A DNA stretch of 64,000 bases from Nitrososphaeraceae archaeon (GTDB lineage: Archaea > Thermoproteota > Nitrososphaeria > Nitrososphaerales > Nitrososphaeraceae), in assembly GCA_035454925.1 (NCBI GenBank), contig DATIFZ010000067.1, positions 2,960 to 66,959 on the forward strand, given 5' to 3'. Within the stretch, counting starts at the first letter, position 1, and every line of letters begins with the position of its first letter. Shown here one piece after another: positions 32,274 through 40,014 of this stretch. A model generated the notes under the pieces. It did not search any database and was not told the origin of the DNA. It worked only from the letters and a program-made list of their open reading frames with translations. The position numbers and the translations under genes were made by a program.

Positions 32274-32420
32274 TTACACCTTTACAAATCCCAGACAAAC
32301 ATTGCAACTTGGACATGAGCATATTGCATAACGAAATTGTTTTCCTGTATCTTCTCTTCCATCGCGGAAGTCTATTTCCGGGTTAGAAAATTCTTGCTTG
32401 CATTCTGGGCACTTTACCAT
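32274..32420 (-). CDS. 48-aa zinc-ribbon protein (not in the supplied ORF track)
   Basis: Hand translation gives MVKCPECKQEFSNPEIDFRDGREDTGKQFRYAICSCPSCNVCLGFVKV*. A TATA-like TTTAAAATATTATTAAA lies about 40-55 nt upstream on the minus strand. Confidence 0.45.
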   Translation of the reverse strand: MVKCPECKQEFSNPEIDFRDGREDTGKQFRYAICSCPSCNVCLGFVKV

Positions 32421-32580
32421 GCTAATCTCTTAATTGTTACTTATTAAATATCTAGTGGCACATTTAATAATATTTTAAACCGGTGGGAAGAATCGTAGTT
32501 TCTGACAAATTAATTTCCCACCCGCATTGTTGGTAATTATGGCACTTACCCTCCACTGCACAATAAATTATAAAATAGTT

Positions 32581-32628
32581 CAAGACTGGTGGGAGATAGA
32601 AGCAGACAGGAGATCCCACCAGTTCTTG
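32581..32628. repeat. 14-bp-stem inverted repeat (CAAGACTGGTGGGA / TCCCACCAGTTCTTG, one bulge, 19-nt loop)
   Basis: Read directly. It shares the GGTGGGA core with a second inverted pair at 32482-32489 / 32515-32522. Confidence 0.8.
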
Positions 32629-33085
32629 CATGATGGTCACAAAGCCTTTCAAAGTGTTGCGAGGAAGTATAATAACATGGCTTAACTAAGTTTACTCTGT
32701 AAGGATGCTTGTTGATTAATACATACCTGATAAAATATCCAATCTAAAATTCAATTCACTATGTAGTTTATCAGACTCAAATATTGAATACGTTTGATTA
32801 ATTGTTAATATAATTTCATTCATTTTAAATTCAATAAGACTACAAATTTTGATATCAGGATTTTTCATATTTTCTAGAACCCAATTTATCAATTCAATCC
32901 TTTTTTTGAGATCTCGTTTGTATGCGCACTCATCTTTTTCACGACAAAGTCAAATTTCTTGTTGTAATACTTGATTGACAGGCATGAAATTAATTCGGGT
33001 AATGAGGATTTAATACACAACGTTCGTTAAAGGGAGGGACTGGTAAAACTTAATGCCGGTGGGAATAGCGGAGTTAACTTCTAAT

Positions 33086-34029
33086 TTATTCTGATCTTAC
33101 TGGAGCAAATTTTTGTATGTCATTATTTTTTCTATCAGAGACATAGACATTTCCGTCATGATCTACGGCTAAATGTTCTGGATCTCTGAATTGTCCTTGG
33201 CCTTTACCAACGGATCCAAATTCGGTAATAAAATCACCCATACTATCAAATTTGGGAATGCGAGGTTGGTTGCCACAACCGGGATCCGATTGTGGATCTG
33301 TAACATACACATTATCGTGTTTATCCAGTGCTATGTGTTCCATATGACAGAACTGGTTGTTCTTACTTCCTTTAGATCCCCACATAAGAATAGGATTTCA
33401 ATTACTGTCAAATTTCTGAACTCGTTCATTATCTCGCTCATTAACAAAGAAATTACCTTTTGAATCCTGCTCAATTGTGGTGGGAAGATTAAACTCACCA
33501 GGTTTATTCCCTAACTCTCCGATGGCCCTTGCAAATATACCGTTTATATCAAATTGTTGAATACGGTTATTTTTAGAGTCTGCAACATATACATATTTTA
33601 GTTGTTTATCTACTTCTACATGCCTTGGATTATCAAATTTCTGAACCCTTGATTTCCCCTATCAGCAACCCAAACATCCCCAGCTCTATCTACATCTAAT
33701 CCATATGGGACTAAAAACTGTCCATCAGCATTTCCCTTTTGTCCAAACGTAAACAGAAAGGTTCCGTTCTTATCAAATACCTGTATACGATTTCCATCCC
33801 TGTCAACAGCGTATAATATCTTGTTGTTGTTATCAAATTCTAAATCACGTGGACGTAAAAATTGACCATCACCCTTACCCTTAGAACCCCATTCAGTAAC
33901 AAAAGAGTACTCATGTGGCTTATCTATAGAACTTTGAACCTGAGCAAAAATATAGCCAGAATAAACCGACAAAGATCCTAATAAAAATACTAAAGTTCCA
34001 AGTATTATTAACAGAATGCAAATTTGCAT
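33086..34029 (-). pseudogene. NHL-repeat beta-propeller protein, disrupted (one frameshift, one in-frame TGA)
   Basis: N-terminal TM/signal plus repeated G.G.GQF..P..l.vD..gn.YVaD..NnRiQ.F units in three consecutive pieces. The frameshift is near 33650 and the TGA is at 33398-33400, where a Gly codon is expected (FDSN*NPILMWGSKG). Confidence 0.7.
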
Positions 34030-34254
34030 CGCAGCTAGTCTATATCTACACTCATGCTAAATCTAAGATATGGTACAACTGTCAAAATGTCCCTATAATT
34101 GGGGCTTTTTAATGATTGGATCAATTTATTCCAATTTAGATACTCGTATTAGAAATTTTAAATAAAAATTTTCACCTAACAATACGCCTGCCTTTCACTT
34201 CATTATTAGACAATGGTTGGTGCATCTGTGTTTCACCGCAAACGCACCAACCAA

Positions 34255-34491
34255 TTAATAGTCATGCGATTCGGAATTCTTGGCCAGCGTCCAGGCCTCT
34301 ATATATAATTCTCTTGCCTCTTTACCATATGCTTGCACTAAGTAGTTAGTGCCTTCATTGGATTTTAATCCTACACAACAATACTCTACTCCGTTACTCA
34401 GGGAATAATCTTTAGGGGAAATTTTTACTATGTCTTTATCTTTCGATAGCATCAACTGTCTAAGCGCATCCGTACTACTCATATACGTCAA
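34255..34491 (-). CDS. hypothetical protein
   Basis: 78-aa ORF. No motif. Confidence 0.3.
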   Translation of the reverse strand: MTYMSSTDALRQLMLSKDKDIVKISPKDYSLSNGVEYCCVGLKSNEGTNYLVQAYGKEARELYIEAWTLAKNSESHDY

Positions 34492-34668
34492 TTTTTACAC
34501 CCCATTCTATCACGCCAACTTTTTGATGAGTATTATAAAGGTGTGTAATGCTTTAAAATTTGCTTATGACTCGATGACTTATTATCTGATCAGTATTTTA
34601 TATTTGCAGAAATAGAATATCTTGTAAAGACAAAGAAGACTTAATAGATATTCCTTTCTAAGAGGAAC

Positions 34669-34926
34669 ATGAAGACCCTTTACTCTGTATTGGCAATACT
34701 GGCCGCATCGGTTATTATCGGAATGGTAACAATAGGCGGTCAGCAAATCTATGCACCTAGAGATTGTGGAGCTTGCGCCGAATTCAAAAAACTGACAGAT
34801 GAATTTGAAAAGGATGTATTGGATGCTGCATCCGTACAACCGCCTGAACCAGATAGAATACAAACATTACTTGATCAATACAATCGTGACGTCTTGGAAC
34901 TATTTCCATCTACATCGCCTAGTTAA
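34669..34926 (+). CDS. small secreted/membrane-anchored protein
   Basis: N-terminal signal/anchor MKTLYSVLAILAASVIIGMV. Preferred over the overlapping antisense ORF 34582-34863. Confidence 0.45.
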   Translation: MKTLYSVLAILAASVIIGMVTIGGQQIYAPRDCGACAEFKKLTDEFEKDVLDAASVQPPEPDRIQTLLDQYNRDVLELFPSTSPS

Positions 34927-35202
34927 ATTATAACTGATGGGCCGATTTGTAAAAGGCGCACCAGCATTCAGATTGCTTTCTGGACTTAATCTAATTTGTA
35001 ATAAATTATCATACACAACAAATAATAAAAAAGTTTAACCGGTCGGGAGTGAGAACAGCAATTGATAAATGCTTAGCGGTAAATATCCTGTATGATTCTA
35101 GTAAATAATTGATTTGAAATTAATTACTCACAAGTCTTCTATGTTATTAACTAAAGAAAAAGGTATTGTAGGCAGCACTTCGTTACCTGTTACTATTTAA
35201 GA

Positions 35203-35571
35203 CTATGGTATATCTGGAATTAATGAAGTAGGTCCGAATACCTCGTCTACTAATACCTCGTCTACTAATATCTCGTGTGTGAATTCATTGTCATCGCCGT
35301 TAGCCGGAGACGTAAGGCCGTTGTCACAACTGAATTGGTTGTTGTTGACGGGGCTGCCCATGCTGTCTATACGCTCATATTCATTCTTTGCCTTACAATC
35401 GTTATCCTGTATTATTTTGTGGGTCCTCTCGTTACAGTTGTTGTCGTCATTGTCTTCACACTGTTCCTTGTCGGCAAATGCTGGTGCTACCTGTGATGTT
35501 CCTGTTCCGGTTAGCGCTGTCAATATTCCTATAGACAGTGCTATTAACATTAACACGTTTTTTGTGTCCAA
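35203..35571 (-). CDS. secreted acidic Cys-containing protein
   Basis: Signal peptide MDTKNVLMLIALSIGILTALTG..AFA, an Asp/Asn-rich body with 4 Cys, and an internal LVDEV duplication. Confidence 0.5.
   Translation of the reverse strand: MDTKNVLMLIALSIGILTALTGTGTSQVAPAFADKEQCEDNDDNNCNERTHKIIQDNDCKAKNEYERIDSMGSPVNNNQFSCDNGLTSPANGDDNEFTHEILVDEVLVDEVFGPTSLIPDIP
35240..35269. repeat. 15-nt tandem duplication (acctcgtctactaat x2, plus a diverged partial third copy extending to about 35280)
   Basis: Read directly. It encodes LVDEVLVDEV in the minus-strand gene. Confidence 0.8.
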
Positions 35572-35883
35572 GTTTGTTATCGTGAAGTGGTACTAAACAA
35601 AGTATAAGTGGAGTGAGTAAGAACAAGCGCTAAAAAACGGAGAGAGTCTTCTTTACTATGTTAAATCTGAATTTAAATATAGAATATTATTCATTCATCT
35701 TATTGTGTATAATGCAAATATTATGTATGATTCTCGTAGATACAAAAGACTTAATAAATATTAGATTCTAAAATACGCATGAAGCCACTTTATTTCTCAT
35801 CTTTGGTAATTTTATATGCTAATAGTAATTGGTGAAATAAAGTGAAATGTCCTAAATGTGGTCACGAGACTTCTTCTGAAGAT

Positions 35884-36228
35884 TTAGTTAAAGATATAGC
35901 AGAATGTCCTTGTGATTGTCATACAGTAACCCCTTGGTCTAATCCATCCAGCATCAATAAGTTTTTTTGTTTCTAAATTTAACTCGTCTTTTGACTGCTC
36001 GCCTTCCGCATCGGCAATCCGATTACTAAAGTCTTCAATCCAGTTAAGCATCTCATCAAGATAATTTCCCTCCGTAACTTTAAAGAATGAAGCATCGAAG
36101 ACTCGTCTATACTCTGGATTATCGACCCGGTCGTCCACCTTTTTCATTCTTAGCATATCGCGTAAATCTACTGAAAGTGACTTGAGTGCATGTTTGTCCT
36201 TTGCTGTAATATCGAGTTCCATTAACAT
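35884..36228 (-). CDS. hypothetical protein
   Basis: 114-aa ORF. Its 3' end overlaps a plus-strand zinc-ribbon mini-ORF (35842-35976), so the true end is uncertain. Confidence 0.35.
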   Translation of the reverse strand: MLMELDITAKDKHALKSLSVDLRDMLRMKKVDDRVDNPEYRRVFDASFFKVTEGNYLDEMLNWIEDFSNRIADAEGEQSKDELNLETKKLIDAGWIRPRGYCMTITRTFCYIFN

Positions 36229-36453
36229 GTAGTCCTGCCAACATATTATAAAACAGTTAAAACCGGTTTAAAGAACTGACAAAAAATGCAAGTACAACTC
36301 CTCACCAATTCTAGGAACCGTATATTAATTTAATCAACAAGGTATAAAATAATTTAAACTGACGGGCGGAGATAAAATCTTATACAAAATGAAAAATGCA
36401 ATGCACTACATTCCTGTAGATTAAATTCTAGTCCATATTCATAATTATGTCAC

Positions 36454-36924
36454 ATGAGTATCAGTACCCGCCGAAAAACTCTCAGTGAGGAAAAGTTAGT
36501 AGCGATTGGAGTAATTGGAGGGATTGCTGCCCTAATACTATTCTTCGTATTAATTAGCGGGGGCCTAGTGAGACATGTTCCAATTACTTGGAAAGAAAAA
36601 ATAGAAACTTCTATAGCATTCAAGACAATTAATGGTAAAATGAACGTTATTGGAATTATCGGCAATAGTGGCATTAATCCAACTTTGTTAATGAGGACAA
36701 AAGACTTTGCCATGGTTTTGACTGTAATAAATCAGGATAATGTTCCTCACATGCTCTATATTGATGGACTTGGTATTAACTCAAAAATTCTAAAGGCTGG
36801 AGAAAATCAAACAATTATATTTTATTCGCCAACGGAAGGCACATACAATTACTATGACAGACTATCATCATCAACCAAGCCCATAGGTCAGATAAAGGCG
36901 GTGAAGATCACGCCATTTGAATAG
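36454..36924 (+). CDS. membrane-anchored cupredoxin-like domain protein lacking the Cys/His/Met copper ligands
   Basis: N-terminal TM helix, then a plastocyanin-like pattern: VLTVINQDNVPHML...AGENQTIIFYSPTEGTYNYYD...GQIKAV. YNYYD replaces the usual Y.Y.C..H motif. Confidence 0.4.
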   Translation: MSISTRRKTLSEEKLVAIGVIGGIAALILFFVLISGGLVRHVPITWKEKIETSIAFKTINGKMNVIGIIGNSGINPTLLMRTKDFAMVLTVINQDNVPHMLYIDGLGINSKILKAGENQTIIFYSPTEGTYNYYDRLSSSTKPIGQIKAVKITPFE

Positions 36925-37287
36925 TCATTTAATCGTCTGACTTTCAATTTTTTTCAATTGCTTGTAATGTTCAAAAATTATAGAGATAAGTATCGGCTGT
37001 AACGGGACAGGGTTACAGGCCATGACTCCCGAGGTGTTATGCAAGTGTGAATAAGACATCATCTCCATCAAAGATCTTTCTTTCGCTTTTATCTAGTTCT
37101 TGTCTAAATATTTTCCACTTTCACCTTACTCTTTCTGATGCAAGTCTATACGAAGGAATTGTTCGGCCCAGAGTTTATTATTGCGAATTATTCAATTTAA
37201 TATCTAAATCACTAATTACGGGAGGAGAGGATAGTATGATTCTAGTCGGTAGAAACAAATTCAATACTTATGATTTGTTCTAGGTGT

Positions 37288-37470
37288 TTATAGTCTGATT
37301 TCCCAAAATGCACCAGTTTTGCAGTGTCTGCAAGGCGGAAAAGTTTCTCCAGCGGTTAGTGGTATTCTTTTTTCGTTTTCTGTGGGTTGACATGTGCTGT
37401 TTTCCATATGTCCCGCAAAATGGTACGTGCCTGTAGAGGGTACAGATTGGCTCGTATGAAATTTTCCCAT
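37288..37470 (-). CDS. small hypothetical protein (C-terminal CxxC)
   Basis: 60-aa ORF ending ...FPPCRHCKTGAFWE. An overlapping ORF in another frame (37280-37477) competes with it. Confidence 0.3.
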   Translation of the reverse strand: MGKFHTSQSVPSTGTYHFAGHMENSTCQPTENEKRIPLTAGETFPPCRHCKTGAFWEIRL

Positions 37471-38177
37471 TACACAAAATATTATTTTGTTTGTTATAAG
37501 GTTTGGAATTAAAATTGAAGGAGAAAATAAGTGGATAACAAAAATATAATTTAAGTAGTATTCAAATAACTAGAACATATATGATACTAATACGGTTCAG
37601 TCTGGATTTCAGACTAGGAAGACACCCTAAAAAGTGAGGCTCCGGAATCTGCTCTTATACTTCATAATTCCCCCTTCTACGTGAATTATATGACAGAAAG
37701 TACTGGACCTAACGCTATAATTTAGATTAACTCAAGTTTAAACACGGTAGATGGCTAACTTTATAGATTAGTTTTTCGAATTTGAAACTATTGAAAAAGT
37801 TTTGCAGCGTTTGCAGAAGAGAATTACCCACAAGTAGTGAGTATTATTTATGCGAGAAATGTCACAAGGATTTAATTATTTCAGAAGATAAATTTGATTA
37901 CATTGAGAATTCAAGACTTTATTATTAGTCTAATCGAAACATGAATTTTTAGGAATTTGCTGATGTGAAAAACTTTACTGCCTTGGGTATGTTTCAATTG
38001 GCACCACTTTACCATGTTACCATCGTTCGTCAGCACTTTAGAATTAACTAACAAATATGATCTAAACTGGGGCTGTATAGCAATGACATTAGGGAAGGTT
38101 ATATTTTGCGAATTTTATTACACCATTGTGGTTATGCGATATGTTAAAAGCTTTCATGATTCAATTTTCGAGATATT

Positions 38178-38600
38178 ATGAAAGCTTCTGAACAAGGGGA
38201 ACTAGACTTATATAAAATAGACAACCAACATTCCCCAACAGGTTATGATGAATTGCTAATGAAAATTGATGATAAATCAATCGATGAACTGGATTTTGTA
38301 AAAAGAGGCGGATTAATCCCAGTTGTGGTTCAGGATATTACTACAAAGGACATTTTAATGCTGGCTTATGCAAATAGAATTGCAATAGAAAATACAGTCA
38401 AGACAGGCAATGCTTGGTTTTGGAGTGTTTCCCGAAATAAACTATGGATGAAAGGAGAAGAATCTGGAAATATTCAAGAAGTGAAGGATATCCTAGTTGA
38501 CTGTGATCAGGACTCGGTGATCTACCTAGTTAATTCAAAAAATCCTGCATGTCATACGGGAAACAGATCCTGTTTCCATAATAGGCTATACCCTCAATAA
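38178..38600 (+). CDS. hisI: phosphoribosyl-AMP cyclohydrolase
   Basis: GLIPVVVQD...LMLAYANRIA...WFWSVSRNKLWMKGEESGN...DCDQD...ACHTGNRSCF. Confidence 0.9.
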   Translation: MKASEQGELDLYKIDNQHSPTGYDELLMKIDDKSIDELDFVKRGGLIPVVVQDITTKDILMLAYANRIAIENTVKTGNAWFWSVSRNKLWMKGEESGNIQEVKDILVDCDQDSVIYLVNSKNPACHTGNRSCFHNRLYPQ

Positions 38601-38773
38601 ATTGATGATAGTTCTTACAATTGTGTAATATTTCTATCGATTTCTCGATTCTTAACATTTTTGATCTAATTCATATTTATTATTTATAAAATTTCCAATT
38701 AAAAAAATTAAGTAATACTAAAATTACGATTAGTGATATTTATTACTATACAATTGTTGATAGTTGAATATAC

Positions 38774-40000
38774 ATGGGTTCTATACGATTTCTAAAATGT
38801 AGGGAATGTGGTGCTGAATATACTCCGGTATTCAAATACATTTGTGAAGAGTGTTTCGGCCCACTGGATGTCATATATGATGTTCCTAAGGATTTAAACA
38901 GAGACACGTTTTCATCAAGAACCGATAAAACATATTGGCGTTATTTTGAGCTATTGCCAATTGCTGATAAGGATTGCATAGTAAACATCCATGCTGGTTA
39001 TACACCTTTGCAATATGCGGAAGAGTTGGGAACACAAATTGGAAACCTCAAGAATCTCTTTATAAAGAACGATTCTGTCAATCCAACTTTTTCATTCAAA
39101 GACAGACCTGCAGGTGTAGCCATTTCGAAATCAAGAGAAATCAAACTCAAGGCAGTTGGATGTGCGTCTACTGGAAATTTGGCTTCTGCAACAGCCGCTC
39201 ATGCTGCCAAGGCACATTTGCCATGTTTTATTTTTGCTCCTTTTGATATCGAAAAAGTCAAGATTGTGCAGGCATTATCCTATGGTGCTAAATTTGTTGC
39301 AGTTGAAGGTACCTATGACGACGCCAATAGAGTTGCGTCGATAATAGGTGATTCTAAGGGAATAGGGATTGTAAATATCAATATGAGACCATATTATGTA
39401 GAAGGGTCTAAAACATTGGCGTATGAGGTAGCTGAACAACTTAACTGGGATGTTCCAGATCATCTCATCATTCCCGTTGGTAGTGGTGCGATGTTGAATG
39501 CAATTTGCAAAGGATTTGAAGAGCTACATGATATAGGATTAATTGGCGATATCTCAAATCTAAAAGTTACTGCTGCACAACCACATGGTTGCGCTCCAAT
39601 AGTTGATGCATTTAAGAAAAATGCAAGCGATATTGTTCCTGTAGAAAGACCGGAGACAATAGCAAAGAGTTTGGCTATTGGGGATCCTGGAGATGGCGTT
39701 TATGTTCTAAAAAGATTAAAACAATACGGCGGGATTGCTGAAGAAGCAAATGATAATGAAATTATTGAAGGCATTTTGACTCTGGCGAAGACAGAAGGGA
39801 TTTTTACTGAACCTGCAGGAGGTGTTTCTGTTGCAGTACTGAAAAAGTTAGTTGACGATGGATTTATAGAAAGAAATGAAAAAGTAGTATGTTATGTTAC
39901 AGGTAATGGACTGAAATCTACTGAAGCAATTATGAGTGCATTGCCTAAACTTGATATTGTAAAGCCAGACGTACAAACTGTGTCTGCAATGATTTCATAG
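38774..40000 (+). CDS. thrC: threonine synthase-family PLP enzyme with N-terminal zinc ribbon
   Basis: CRECGAEY...CEECFGPLD ribbon, PLP-lysine motif NPTFSFKDRPA, ASTGN, GSGAM. Confidence 0.85.
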   Translation: MGSIRFLKCRECGAEYTPVFKYICEECFGPLDVIYDVPKDLNRDTFSSRTDKTYWRYFELLPIADKDCIVNIHAGYTPLQYAEELGTQIGNLKNLFIKNDSVNPTFSFKDRPAGVAISKSREIKLKAVGCASTGNLASATAAHAAKAHLPCFIFAPFDIEKVKIVQALSYGAKFVAVEGTYDDANRVASIIGDSKGIGIVNINMRPYYVEGSKTLAYEVAEQLNWDVPDHLIIPVGSGAMLNAICKGFEELHDIGLIGDISNLKVTAAQPHGCAPIVDAFKKNASDIVPVERPETIAKSLAIGDPGDGVYVLKRLKQYGGIAEEANDNEIIEGILTLAKTEGIFTEPAGGVSVAVLKKLVDDGFIERNEKVVCYVTGNGLKSTEAIMSALPKLDIVKPDVQTVSAMIS

Positions 40001-40014
40001 GAAGGAGTGATAGA

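Larger units (their letters stand above)
31042..37928. mobile_element. decayed integrated element / variable genomic island (boundaries approximate)
   Basis: An integrase remnant lies at the left edge. The interval is filled with pseudogenes, ORFans, small zinc-ribbon ORFs and secreted proteins, has low coding density, and is flanked by housekeeping pepF and hisI. Confidence 0.35.

Noticed and set aside
32464-32652. 62-aa minus-strand ORF
   Set aside because: It coincides with the GGTGGGA inverted-repeat cluster, has no protein-like features, and contains the promoter-like region of the downstream mini-gene. Treated as non-coding.
33398-33400. In-frame TGA in the NHL gene read as selenocysteine
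   Set aside because: The position aligns with Gly of the repeat rather than a redox Cys. A frameshift in the same gene argues for decay. No SECIS-like element or Sec machinery is evident.
37280-37477. 65-aa ORF overlapping the 60-aa ORF 37288-37470 in a different frame
   Set aside because: Only one frame can be real. The 60-aa frame has a slightly more protein-like CxxC ending. Both remain low confidence.
38974-39344. Two same-strand alternate-frame ORFs inside thrC
   Set aside because: The ThrC frame carries the PLP motifs. The alternate frames are Cys/Phe-rich noise.
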